Positions 27,001-39,629 of a DNA stretch of 64,000 nt are shown one piece after another (within the stretch, counting starts at the first letter, position 1; each line of letters opens with the position of its first letter). A program made the translations under genes and the position numbers. This DNA comes from Antedon mediterranea (Eukaryota > Animalia > Echinodermata), in assembly GCF_964355755.1 (NCBI RefSeq), contig NC_092670.1, forward strand, positions 920,201 to 984,200, given 5' to 3'. Below the pieces are notes generated by a model. It ran no database searches and had not been told where the DNA came from. It saw nothing but the letters and a program-made list of their open reading frames with translations.

Positions 27001-30000
27001 AATTCTCTGTACTGTATCACCATATATGGTATTACCTGTGCAGTATCATAGGCAAGTTCTGTCATGCAGTGTCATATATGTATCACATGTGATGTCTGTA
27101 ATATGTTATGGCCTATTATTAGAAACAAAGACAATACTGATAATCGGCTAAAATATGTTTTCTCAACACTACCTTATCTTACAATGGTATGTAAACAGTG
27201 CATATTTCTAAGATTTCTAACCTTCCAGAAAGCAATGACAGAGTCTGCCCCTCCCGTAGCAACAGTATCTTCTGATGAATTGACGGTAAGTGCCCAGAGC
27301 TTGTCGCTATGTTCATCGTAAGTTGTAAGACATTCGTTATCTTTGATTGACCAAATCTTTAAAAGTCCATCTGATCCACTGTAAATAAAACATGACAAGA
27401 AATATTTTATAATTTTTTAAATCTGAATGAAACAAGAAAGAAACAACTCACCCAAGTTATAAATGCTATATTTACAAAGATAAATTACAAAAAAACACTT
27501 TAAAATGATACTTTTACTTTTAAGTTTAGGCATGTGTTCCTGATCCAGTAATTTTTTAATAGAATACAACTTTTAAAATGAAAGAATTACAAAAATTACC
27601 TGGACAATAACTGCATTCCTCTTGTAAGGAAGGCGACTCGTAAAACTGAAGTATCATGTCCTTGAAAAGTCTGCAATGATAAAAGAAAATATTCTAGATA
27701 ACAGGGCATGATATAACAGGACTATTGCATGCTATAACAGGCCTAGAGCGTGATATAACAGGACTATTGCGTGATATAACAGGCCTATTGCTTGATATAA
27801 CAGGCCTAAGGCGTGATATAACAGGCCTAAGGTGTAACATAACAGGCCTAGGGTGTGATATAACAGGACTAGAGCGTGATATAACAGGACTATTGCGTGA
27901 TATAACAGGACTATTGTGTGATATAACAGGACTATTGCGTGATATAACAGGCTTAAGGTGTGTTATAACAGGCCCAGAGCGTGATATAACAGGCCAAGTG
28001 CATTGCATACAATTTGGAGGCCAGACTACCACCAATTTTGCCTACTGACTTCAATGAATTTTATTATTTCGGTAACTAACCTTAACACAACTAAAATCTG
28101 TAATTGACCAGATCTTTATTGTGCCATCAGCTGAGCTAGTGGCTACAACCTGATCTGCTGGAGAGAACTGAACACACCAGATGCTTCTCTTGTGACCTCG
28201 AAAGGTTCCCAAAAATGTGTGGTTCTCCAAATTCCAAAGCTTAGCAGTTTTGTCAAGAGAGGCAGTCACCAGCAGTTTATCATTGGGTGCCACGGCGACG
28301 CTGTTGATGTCCTATAAATTTATAAAAATCAAATATTATTTATAGAAGTTATTGATTATTTATAGAAAAAAATTGTAATTAAGGTTTTATTTTGGGTAGA
28401 AAAAATACATTTTGACTTGACCGGATGCTTTAAGCTCTGTCTACACTATCAAACTATGTAATAATGGACATGACAATGTCATATCACTACCATATTTGGG
28501 GACATTTTTTTTGTGATATAAAGTGTGATGGTGTAGACGGAGCTTTAGAAATTCACCACAAGCTTTTCAATTTGATGTCACAACAAATACATTGACATGT
28601 ACATTTACATTCACATACAATTGAAGCAAAGATGTATTAATGTGTTTGATTAGGTTACCTTTTCGTGAGCTCGGTGTGTAAAGTTAACTGCCAGGTGTTG
28701 TGGTGAATTACTTGGTTTTAGGTTTTCTGGAATATTCCAAACTTTCACAGTGCAGTCTTCACTGCCAGACACAATGAAGTTACCCGACAACCTATTTTAA
28801 AAAGCAGTGGGTAAAGCACAGGCACATTCAACATTTTATTTGTCCAAAGGGGAATTCATGTTGACATACTATTGCTCAAAATTAATATGTTAGTACCACG
28901 GAAAAAGACAATAATATTTGAGAGCTACAAAATTACTCTGATAAACAATGAAAGTCATACAGCTAGTTCAAAATGATTTTAAATTATGAAAATGTTTTAC
29001 CTACCTAGACAAAGCAATTGCTCCTACTGAGTGGGTATGACCAAATGCAACTCCTATGCACTCAAACTTCTGCTCAGTGTTCATTTTCCAAAGCCTAACT
29101 GTATTATCCTATGAGATGTTAGAAAAAAAGACAGATTTCTAGAGTGTGAGTAACCATGCAGGAAAAAACTATTTGTAGGTTAACAAAAGTGGAGTGTTTA
29201 AGTCTGTTTCAATATCATTGTTTTTTGTCAACTTTTTTCACAATTCAGTTTTACACTGCAACAAAATTAAGTTATGATTATTGATGAATTTTTGAATAAA
29301 GATATCTTTATAGTTATTGAAAATTATGGTAATAAATCCAAGCACATTGAAAGAGAATAAATTATTTATAAGTATTTACAAGAATATAGTGAACTCCTTT
29401 ACTTTACCTTAGAGCTACTTGCCATAGTCTTCTTATCGTTAAATACATCAACAGACAACACAATGTCTACAATCAAATGATAACAATAAAACAAAATGTT
29501 ATTAAGTCTTGAAATGAATGATTGCAAAGTTATGTTATCAACATATCAAAGAACTCGTACATACCTGTGTGACCTCGCAAAATTTGACAGTTCAGAGTTG
29601 AAATGTCATAAACCTTGACATATTCACTGTTTGTTGCTACGACGAGGTGAGAATCATCAGAACCAGCAAACTTTACATCTAGAACTTCATCATTAAATCC
29701 AACAAACTAAAAGTAGAAAAACACAGTAAAATAATTAAAAAGTTAGTGATTGTTAATCAGAAAATAGGTAGGTCATATATCATGTGTACAACTGGTATGG
29801 CAAATGATGACTAAAACACCTCCCTACTAACATACTTAGCTGTTAGGACCAATTTACACAGACGAGCAGTGTGCCCACAAAGAGGATGTATATATCCTCA
29901 AAGGAAACCAGCCGTCCACTCCATGCTTTGTGTAAATGGTCATAAGGAATAACATAGATTCTATATTTTTATTACCGTTACCGCTCATCTGTGTAAATTG

Positions 30001-33000
30001 GCCTTAAGTGAGCTGGAATATTTGTTTGTAACAATCTGCCCAATAAATAATCAAATTGTTATTGTCATAATCTGTAACACATACTACTGACCTGTTTATG
30101 CAAATCACCACCATCAACATTGTAAAAAAGAATATGATGATCATAGGTGACTAGCATTATCTGACCAATAGCTGGACACAATTCTGCACATGTGATCACA
30201 CTGGTTAATTCGCCATTCTCACCACGAACTGGTATCGTCGTGGCAACCGTTGTCTGTTGATAAACTACCTGACCATTTACAGAATCAATTCCTCGAAGGT
30301 ACCCTGATTTTAAAGAAATATACATTAATAAAATGTTTTAGAAGAGTTAATGCATGTTATCCAGGCATACATTATGGGAATTGGACTCTTCCATTAATAT
30401 TGATATATTTATATATATATATGATATGATGATATAAATATATAAATATTCATACTAAAACACGTTTGAATTACCGAGTGATCCACCAATCATCACTACA
30501 GGATTATTGCAGGAAAAGCCAAGTCTCTCTTGACAATCTGGTGGTATCCAAAAAGCACTCTCAACCACCTAAAAAAAAGTAAACATTTAATTATATACAG
30601 GGACTAATAACCATTGCCATAAGTCTTTGTACGTATGAACTTCAAAATAACAATGTGAATGATGGCTGCATTATATTTTGAGTGTTATACAGTTGCTGAG
30701 CACCTTACCTCCATTACAGGGATGGTGTTGATTGGTTCAGTTGTTTCTACATTCCATATTACCAAAACTTTGTCTCTTCCACCAGAAACCATTCTGTGTC
30801 CATCCGAAGAGAAATCTAAACTTGTGACCGTTCCATAATGGGTCTCTAAGCCCACCTTCAACCTGAAATTACCGTTTTACATTAAAATAATTCATTTATT
30901 CACATGTCTTTAGTCATGGTTTAAAAAAAATTAAAGTACATAAATGATGGTAAGGATCCTGCATAAAGAAGTTTCTGTTTTTGCAGAACCTATTTACATA
31001 AATCATAAAAATAAAACACAACATACGGTAAATAAAATAAAAGGGAGAAAGAAATGTTGTTTCCTAACACATTGCTTATAATTATAGCATTTATATTTAC
31101 ATTCATAAACTTATAAAGAAACTTACTTGCTATTTTGTAGATCCCAAACATATATAAAGGATCCAGCACAAGAAAACAACAGTAATTTCTCAATATTCGG
31201 ATGAAACTTCAGATAACTATGAACAAACAATGTATAAAGTAAGTTATTTGCTAGGCCTAGCTGGATACATGTGTATCCAGCTAGGCCTAGCTGGATACAT
31301 GTGTATCCTATATGAATTTAAAGCAAGGCTCAGCATACTTTACAAGCCACGACACTGGGTTACGCATGTTAACTACCAAAACACAGTTCCACTTTTATTT
31401 ATTTATTTCTTTATTTCTTTTTGTTCCGAATTTAATGGTATTGTATCCAGATTAGAACCAAGTATACTGGGTTTGAAATGTAAACACCATAACATTGGAC
31501 AATTATAACAATTTAACTAGGTTATTGATAATAAAATAATGTACAGTATTCACACATACCTTACAACTGAGTGACTACCCTTTAAGTTGTGTGTGCAGTA
31601 CTGTTGTACTATGTCCCAAATTTTAATTGTGTGGTCACCACTGCCAGTGGCTAAGAGTGTGGAGGTTGCATCAAATGCCATACTGACAATCGGGGCTGTG
31701 TGAATTGCCTTAGTAAATAATTACAACGAAAGTGGTATTCATTTCATATGCATATATTATCATTATTTCATAGCATATTATAATACAAGCAGCTACTAGA
31801 CAAGTTGTTCACAAAGTTGTAAAAACTATTTTCAGCTAGATCCCTGCTAGAAATATAACTCTTTCAAACTATCCAAGTGTAATAAATTATCATTCCTAAC
31901 AAATACAGTAGCATAGTGTAGAATAGATGTTTTGATTTAAGAAACCATGTATAATTATTATAAGAACAATCAGGAACATTCCAGTATGCTATTAAGTATA
32001 AAGAACGATCTAGAAGGATAGGAACATCTTGTATATAAAGAGATGTAAAACGATTGTAAGGGTGTTGGATATTCGATTGTAAAAGTTATTGTAAAGCTGT
32101 TGTTTAAAGTGCTTACTGGATTGTTGAAAGTTGAAGTTGATTGAAATTAAAGCTTTGTTTTGAGTTATTTTACAACTTTGTGGATTTTGTGTTTATACTT
32201 TTATATCACAATGGAGTTCCTAAATATTTTCAACAGCTCGGAAACATACGTAAGAGTAGTTCGTGACACCAATCCTAACTTGCCTACTTTGTTTAAGGAT
32301 GCAAATGTGTATTGCATAGATTGATGATGAAGTTTAAATAATATCATAAATCCAGATCATTTGCAAAACACAATATACCTTCCAAGTGCGGACACATGTC
32401 TCTTCCTTCCAATCCCACTGACGAATAAGAAGACTCCTATAGGCAATCACTACAATCTATTTTTAGAAGAAATAAAATCAGGTACTATTCTATTTTGCAA
32501 TTAAATCTACGGGAATAGAGAGATTGGTAGAACAATTGAATTAACACATAAAGTCTTTCCTCATTATAAGTCCGTCCTCATCTAAGTTTGTCCTCATCTA
32601 AATTCTCCCTAAATAAAAGCTGGTCAGCTTACCTGATCATCTTGACTGACACTAAAACAAGTCACTTCATCATCATCCTGTAGAAATAACAATACAATAA
32701 AAGGTTAAAACAGAAATGGTTCAGTTTGAGGTGACATTCATGGTTTTCATGCCAATCACAAAGATTTCTGGCCGATGGGATTCCTATGTTAAACTTATTG
32801 ACAATGCCATTTATATTGAGTCCATCATGATTTTAGATTTTATGTCATAACGATGATGCAGTTTTCCTCCTCTGTAGACCTTTACTGACCTGTTTTAGAG
32901 AATGTAGAACTTTGCCAGATGTGGCTTCTAATATTTTGACTGCTTCCCCGCAAGTACAGAAGATATACCGACCATCCTTAGATATTTCTACCTTGCCACC

Positions 33001-34814
33001 AGTGTAAACAGACTCAATTTTATGCACAACACTCAAGCTGAAAAAAGTAAAAGTTTGATCATAAACTTTGCCTACATAAACTAATATTGTTGTTGGATGG
33101 AAATACAATCATCATTTTCGTATTTCACATCATATTCTTAAAACAATTAAATGTCAAGTGTTCTGTTCTTTGTAGGGCGCCATATAAAAACTTGTATAGA
33201 ATAGAATAGAAAATAAGTTTAAATAATATGAATTAATATGAATAAATAATATGAATAGGATACAAAACAACAAGAAGAATGTACAATGCATACAATATTG
33301 CATTATTATTGCACATTTTAAATAATCAATAAAACAGGCTTTCATTTTACTTTATTATTATTAGTCTATATGCCCTAGCCTATATATTATAGGCCTATTT
33401 ATTATTAAATTTAAATTTCACACTTCATTCATTTCATGGCCGGCCCGGCCGCGATTTTTTTTTTCGTACATAAGTTGGGGACCCCCTCATGAAACGTCAC
33501 AAAATAAACATGAATAATTCATCAGTTAAATTTTCTTGTTCCGTGTGCACCCAAGCGTATAGCAACAAGAAGTGATTACACAAGATTCTAGGCCTATCTC
33601 CGCTATTGTTGCGGCGTGCGATTTCATAGAAGAATAGCGGCGTTTTGTGTGGATTGTCGAAATAATCAGCCTTTAGTTTATGGTGTTTTTAATATAATTT
33701 ATTACTAAAGAATTACGTGTTAAAACTATAGTTTCTATTAATACTATTAGGCCTAATTATTAGTCTCTAAACCCATGTCTATTCTAGTAGTAGCTGTGTG
33801 GTGTGGGTGTGTGTGACGTGTGTGTGTATTTATAGGTATGACCAAAGATAGTAAGTGTAACTATCTTTGGTATGACACAATCCGAATAATAAGTCAGCAA
33901 AATTAAACAATAAACATTACACAAAAATACATTTTTTATTCTCGTGGGTCAAATCTTCCCATCTCATGTGTTCATATACGCGCATTTTTAAAATTCCTTT
34001 GAGTACATGCATATTGTTTGATAATAAAATAGCAGAATTAAAAAAATACAGTACACAAATTTTTATACACATTCTTTATTCTTGTGGGTCTAAGCTTTCT
34101 TTGGGCTATGTCCAATGAATTACTACTTAGTTTAATGTCTTGCCTAGCTGTCGATTAGCCTCGACTCGACACATTTTGTGTGAAGAAGAGTGCGCGAAGG
34201 CAATCACGTGAATTGACTTGCAATCCTAGGCCTACTATACTGTAGAAAGTATCGTATCGCAGTTGTGTAATCACTTCTTGTTGCTATACGCTTGGGTGCA
34301 CACGGAACAACAAATTTAACTGATGAATTATTCATGTTTATTTTGTGACGTTTCATGAAGGGGTCCCCAACTTATGTACGAAAAAAAAAATCGCGGCAAA
34401 GTCCCAGTTGTTTCACAAAGGACCAAGCCTCCTACCTTGGACCAACCAAGGTATAAAATCTAGAGGCCTATCTAACTAATATTATAATACTCTACAAATA
34501 CAAATAATAAATACCTAGAAATACTATTCTAAAAGTGCTGGAAACCTCCACTGTTATATCTCTCATCCGTAGGAATACCGCTCTATAGCTAGGCCTAGCC
34601 AGGTAGTAGTCGGCCTCACGATAGATACTAGAACGGCTTGGTGCGTCGCGTGTAGCGTGACGTGAGTATGGTTGTTGGTGGTTGGGAGGCCTAACTATTA
34701 TTAAGTAAGCTAAACATATTTATAGGCTCGAAATACCAATATTATAAATTTGTAATATATTATTTATTTATCTTTATAAATTACTTACCTTTGTTTTAAC
34801 AACGGGGGTGCCAT
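24023..34814 (-). CDS. TBL3: Transducin beta-like protein 3 / UTP13 (WD40 SSU-processome subunit), about 22 exons
   Basis: ATG at 34814 (MAPPLLKQ). Exons include 32890-33037 (VVHKIESVYTGGKV), ~31560-31709 (AIHTAPIVSMAFDATSTLLATGSGD), ~28081-28311 (VAPNDKLLVTASLDKTAKLW...GHKRSIWCVQFSP), ~25498-25658 (QWNTNSKHCHVAQ, Utp13 C-domain), 25266-25362, 24440-24938 and 24023-24124 (TAA). Strong recognisable similarity to vertebrate TBL3. Confidence 0.93.
25682..25795. mobile_element. Degenerate short MITE, same family as 28433-28544
   Basis: Ends AGCACTGTTTACACTATCAAAC ... TTGGTAGTGTAGACA; internal CCCAAATATGGTAGT is the reverse complement of the core of the 28.4-kb copy. Confidence 0.5.
26640..26915 (-). 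mobile_element. Degenerate tRNA-derived CORE-type SINE in a TBL3 intron
   Basis: Minus strand reads B-box-like GGTTTGAATCC, then TGTATCCTAGGCAAGATACTTTA...TGCCTCTCTCCAACCAAATGTATAAATGGGTACCCGG (CORE/MIR-like central block); (AAT)n-type tail near 26640. Confidence 0.6.
27705..27995. repeat. 21-bp minisatellite (GTGATATAACAGGACTATTGC), about 13 copies
   Basis: Direct tandem periodicity in a TBL3 intron; explains the spurious DITGLLR/PVISRNS ORFs. Confidence 0.95.
28433..28544. mobile_element. Short MITE (Tourist/Harbinger-like)
   Basis: TIRs AGCTCTGTCTACACTATCA / TGATGGTGTAGACGGAGCT with TTA/TAA-type flanks. Confidence 0.6.
29846..30003. mobile_element. Short MITE (PIF/Harbinger-like)
   Basis: TIRs GGACCAATTTACACAGACGAGC / GCTCATCTGTGTAAATTGGCC, flanked by TTA on both sides. 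Confidence 0.6.
31878..32268 (+). mobile_element. Possible solo LTR (391 bp) in a TBL3 intron
   Basis: TGTAA...TGACA termini, flanks CCAAG/CCAAT (5-bp TSD with one mismatch), internal TATATAAAG (~32032) followed by ATTAAA (~32146). Confidence 0.4.
33448..34397. mobile_element. Non-autonomous DNA element with ~135-bp near-perfect terminal inverted repeats, in TBL3 intron 1
   Basis: 33448-33583 (GCCGCGATTTTTTTTTTCGTACATAAGTTGGGGACCCC...GATTACACAA) is the reverse complement of 34262-34397 with few mismatches; no ORF; no clear TSD. Confidence 0.85.
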
Positions 34815-35549
34815 TGTGGTTGTTTATCTTATTTTACAAATTGTTTTCTAAAGGCGCACGTGGGAGCTACCATTTAATTTTACGTGGCATGCACAACAGA
34901 GAGAACATATATTGAATTTTTTGTAAAGCTGTATTCGAATATCGTTTTGGACCGCCAAACCAATACCCTTTATTCACTAACAATTTATGATGGTTTAGTT
35001 CATTTTAGTGGAAGGTAAACACTAAATATCCACATACATAAGTTTAACCTAGGCTTAAAATAAATAAAACGTAAATTAATAAACAAGTCAATTACATTAA
35101 TTAATATTTATTAGGATTAATCCTTTATAAAAATAATATAAAATGAGAAGTGTACCTATTTGCAAATGGACGAATCTTCACATTATGCAATTCACTTTTG
35201 AAACGTAAACAAAATCACTGTGTCACTTCTCACTTGTTGTTGTGGTTCTGGTGTCTTTTGTATTATTATAATCATTTTATGTTCAGCAGTAATAGGGTTG
35301 TTGCTTGCGTACACACTTTCACGCATAAAGTATTCTTCTTTTGTTGGTGTGTGTGTGTGTTTATTTTTATGTAGGATAAGCTAGGCAGACCTAACAAATA
35401 AGTGAAGATTGAGTGCCCGCCTAGCTAGTTAGATGGAGATGATGTCATTTGATAATTAATTAAAATCCTCAGAGACTTGTTTACAACCATTGTTTCAAGT
35501 TGATTAATGCAGCCTACTGCCTTTCATTGTCTACAACTCATTTTCCACA
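34815..35549. promoter_or_regulatory. Probable divergent promoter region between TBL3 and the ankyrin gene, with a CACGTG E-box at 34857-34862
   Basis: Two start codons point apart 735 bp from each other; canonical E-box 43 bp upstream of the TBL3 ATG (ribosome-biogenesis genes are often Myc/E-box targets). Confidence 0.45.
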
Positions 35550-38500
35550 ATGTATCAACAAGCCAACGAAGCTGGTAAGTTCTTGTTTTCTACGTTTTTG
35601 TGAAATAATTATGTCAGCTTGCAAACCATCACCTTTCCCCCATTTTCATCCATTTCAAAACAATCTTCATTATAGTTTCGTTATTTTTCTGTTTATAATT
35701 TTTATATTTTTTATTATTTCATTCGTATACGTGTTGTTTACAATTATCATGAATTATCTCATAATTGTGTTTATATCTTAAAAGAATGAATTATAGTTTA
35801 ATGATGTTCAAGATTCAAGAAATTTTGTTAATATTTTTCAGCTATTATCGGATCATTACAAGTAATTAACGACCATTTAAATCATGGACAGGTAATTATA
35901 TGAAACTATTCATTTCTTGTAATTATATATCCTATTAATAGGCCCAGCAGCAGTAAAGTCACAATTATCTAAAGTAATATACAATGCAAGACTGCGTCAC
36001 AGTAGGCCTTGTAGAGTTCTAATTATAAATACAAAGCCGTTGTTTAAGTCTTGAAAATGATAAAATATATAAAAAAAAATTGTTGTATGGGCTTTAACAT
36101 TCATACTGCAGAATATTTAAAAAATATTGAAAAGCATTATAAAATGGATATTGAAGAACCATTGATGGTCTGGACCAAATTGGAATAAAAAAAAAAAGTA
36201 CCAATAATGTTTAAGAACAGAGTAGGTTACTGGGTCACTCTTTTAGACAGACACCTGTATAAACTAAACTTTTGTCGTAGTTCAGACTAACATTAAAAAA
36301 AAAATCAACTAAATCTGTGACTGATTCAACAAAACCTAGACTACTGTAAATCAAGACAGATTTTTATCAACTTTTTAGGCAGGATAAGGGCACGCTAAAT
36401 AGTTGACAAAAAGTTAGACCCTGGCATTGAGCAACTGTCCAGCTCCTGGCTACCATAGTAGTAGTACATTTGTTGTTAATTTACAGGATCCAAATTACAA
36501 ATACCCATACAACTTGACTCTATTGCATAAAGCAGCAATGAATGGTAATTTGGATTGTGTGCAATGCTTGGTGCAAAGGGGCTCCAACGTTGATTCTACA
36601 GATGTAACAGGTAAGCTATTTTAATTTATGTTTTTACTTTTAATGCTTAGCTTACAATTTATTAGTACAGGTATATAAATATTTTGTAAACAATTTTTTG
36701 TTGTTGAATATGCCATTTTAATGTCACATAATAAAAAAAAAAATATTGACCACAATAACACTAACAATATTAGTACCTGAAAGAAAAAAAATACCCAACC
36801 AGAAGTCAAGTTTCTTAATTGACCTCAAAAGTCTCAGGTTTTTGGTTAAACTTACCCGTTTATTTTATTTTTTTAGGTTTTTTTCTGCGAAAGTGAATAA
36901 CTTTATTAACACTACAAGATGGCCTATTCAAAGTTTGATTTATTCATCTTTATTTTTCACATGGACAAAACATCTTTTTCCTTGTAATAGGCAGAACAGC
37001 CCTACACCACGCAGCAGGAAATGGACATCTAACAGTAGTAAAATGGTTGATAGATGTGGCAAAAGTAGATGATACTTGTAAGACAGTCAAAGGACGAACA
37101 CCCAAGATGCTGGCAGCCAAGAATGGTCATAAAAAAGTTGTCAACTTCTTGAATGGTTTGTTTCATAATAACATTTTTATAATTTTGACCCCAACCACAA
37201 CATTGTCATTTTTGTCAGTAATTTGCATTTGGATTTATAATTCTCAATTATAAACATATTGTAGAAGATGGTGTTGCTGGTGTCAATTTTTCTGGCTGTT
37301 TTACTTTATCGTTTTGATTTAGCTTATTTTATTTTGTATCTTCATTGAGATCCAGCCACTGATACCCACAACATTGTCATTTTTTCGGTGCTTATTTTAT
37401 TTTGTATCTTCATTGAGATCCAGCCACTGATACCTACAACATTGTCATTTTTTCGGTGCTTATTTTATTTTGTATCTTCATTGAGATCCAGCCACTGATA
37501 CCCACAGCATTGTCATTTTTTCGGTGCTTATTAGGTTATATGCATTCATGCATATAACCTCTTGATTCTGTCAGAATCTTTATTTATTTCTTTATTTATT
37601 CTTTCCTTAGCACTATTTGTCCGTCAATTATCTTGATATCAGTTTCATATAACTAAGTCAATTTTTCAGAGTATATTCCTTATGGCCAGGAATCGATGTG
37701 GTTATGTTTTCACGGTGCGGAATCAAACATTACGCGGTCTACGCGCGATTTAACAAAATCACGTTTGTAATCATATCTTCACAAGCATGAATCACTTTTA
37801 AACAAAATTTGGTACTCATAAATTTCAGGTCATATTTCATCATATGGCAATACAATTACGTGCGTAGCGCATATAACGCATGCGTACGCGCGCTTAAAAT
37901 GTTCAAAATTTTCAGAATTTATTTTCGATGAAATTAGAGTACGTTTCAGGCAATTTTAAGCGTTAAAAAAATTGCCATAAGTGCGCAGATTTTTGCACGC
38001 GCACTGCGCGTCAAACGTTATTGCGCACTGTTTTTGTCCGATTACTGTTGTATAACCTTTCTTTAACAATATCATCATATTGTATTAACTTTTCAACGCG
38101 AAACAGCGTTATACGAGCACGTCAAAAGTGACAGGCTATGCACGTGTAAGTTAACAAAATGGTGAAAATATGCTAAATTTTAAAATTAATATATATCGTT
38201 AGAATGCTCGGGAACACGGATTTTTTATTTCATTTTCTTGAAGTGTATGTATCATATGTATGATTTATTATGAAATTAAGAGAACAAAAGTTGATTAAGT
38301 CATCATTAATGGCATATTAAATTTACAAAAATTAATTTCGACAATCAAACAAATTATAACATTTTCTTAGGCCGAAATAACAAACTTAACATTAACTTTC
38401 TTCCTTAAGAAGTTCATATATTAAAGTTAAAAGTATATAGTTTGACAGTGCATCATTTTAAAAAATCTTTAAAGATGTCATCATAGTAAAACATTATAAT

Positions 38501-39629
38501 TCATTGCGGTATGTAATAATCTATCTGCACCAAAGTGGTTACTGCATAGTAAATACACGGAGGAATATTTCCATCATTTTTAGTCAGTTGTGTATGGCTC
38601 GGTGGTCTTTGGTCGTGTCTATAGCATTCAAGGTACCGAGTTCGAGTCTCACCTTGGGAAACGAAACGAAATAAGATTATTTTTTATTACCCGTATTGTT
38701 TGTTCAATTGTATTTCTTAGTGTATAGATTATACAGATGATTTATAATGAAACTTACTTAAAAACACAAATGTGGTTTATGACGTTATATACGCAGAAGG
38801 ATCTTTGATCGGATTATGATACCGGCTATTGTATTTGCGTTAGCAAGCTCCTATCATTATTATAAATAACTAAAGATTCTGAGAAAATCAATCAATCAAA
38901 ATATCTTAAATCAATCAATTATCTTTATTTAAATCAATGCATATAACCTATAATTCGTCATAGGGACGAATTAAATCTAGTTTTATTTTGTATCTTCATT
39001 GAGATCCAGCCACTGATACCCACAGCATTGTCATTTTTTCGGTGCTTATTTTATTTTGTATCTCCATTGAGGTCCAGCCACTGATACCCACAGCATTGTC
39101 ATTTTTTCAGTGTTTATTTTATTTTGTATCTTCATTGAGATCCAGCCACTGATACCCACAGCATTGTCATTTTTTCAGTGCTTATTTTATTTTGTATCTT
39201 CATTGAGATCCAGCCACTGACACCCACAACATTGTCATTTTTTCAGTGCTTATTTTATTTTGTATCTTCATTGAGATCCAGCCACTGACACCCACAGCAT
39301 TGTCATTTTTTCAGTGCTTATTTTATTTTGTATCTTCATTGAGATCCAGCCACTGACACCCACAGCATTGTCATTTTTTCAGTGCTTATTTTATTTTGTA
39401 TCTTCATTGAGATCCAGCCACTGATACCCACAGCATTGTCATTTTTTCGGTGCTTATTTTATTTTGTATCTTCATTGAGATCCAGCCACAGCATTTTTTC
39501 AGTAATTTGCATTTGGATTTATAAACATTTAGATATTAACATCATGATTGAACCAAGAATATAATTACTATTACTTGATGATAACAAACATAACTTTTTC
39601 TTTTAGAATGCAAGTTAGCCTGGACTTAA
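35550..39629 (+). CDS. Small ankyrin-repeat protein, 128 aa, 5 exons
   Basis: Exons 35550-35574, 35842-35891, 36487-36610, 36991-37155, 39607-39629; GT-AG, phases consistent, 387 nt. MYQQANEAAIIGSLQVINDHLNHGQDPN...LTLLHKAAMNGNLDCVQCLVQRGSNVDSTDVTGRTALHHAAGNGHLTVVKWLI...GRTPKMLAAKNGHKKVVNFLNECKLAWT; about 4 ANK repeats. The last exon is the least certain. Confidence 0.85.
37323..39497. repeat. 68-bp minisatellite (about 11 copies) split by a HINE-like insertion
   Basis: Unit CTTATTTTATTTTGTATCTTCATTGAGATCCAGCCACTGATACCCACAGCATTGTCATTTTTTCGGTG at 37323, 37391, 37459, resuming after 38980 (39045, 39113, 39181, 39249 ...). Confidence 0.95.
37531..38980 (+). mobile_element. Complete 1450-bp non-autonomous Helitron2/Helentron-like (HINE) element, second family
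   Basis: 5' TTAGGTTATATGCAT-TC-ATGCATATAACCT + (TTTA)n microsatellite; 3' GCATATAACCT + hairpin AATTCGTC-ATAGG-GACGAATT + AAATCTAG. Removing it restores an exact minisatellite unit (GCTTA|TTTTATTTTG), so there is no TSD. Confidence 0.88.

Noticed and set aside
27694-28048. PVISRNS / DITGLLR repeat ORFs
   Set aside because: Translations of an intronic 21-bp minisatellite.
36144-36167. Alternative ankyrin start exon MDIEEPLM
   Set aside because: Weak donor (GTCTGG); the 35550/35842 exons give a better ankyrin repeat with strong splice sites.
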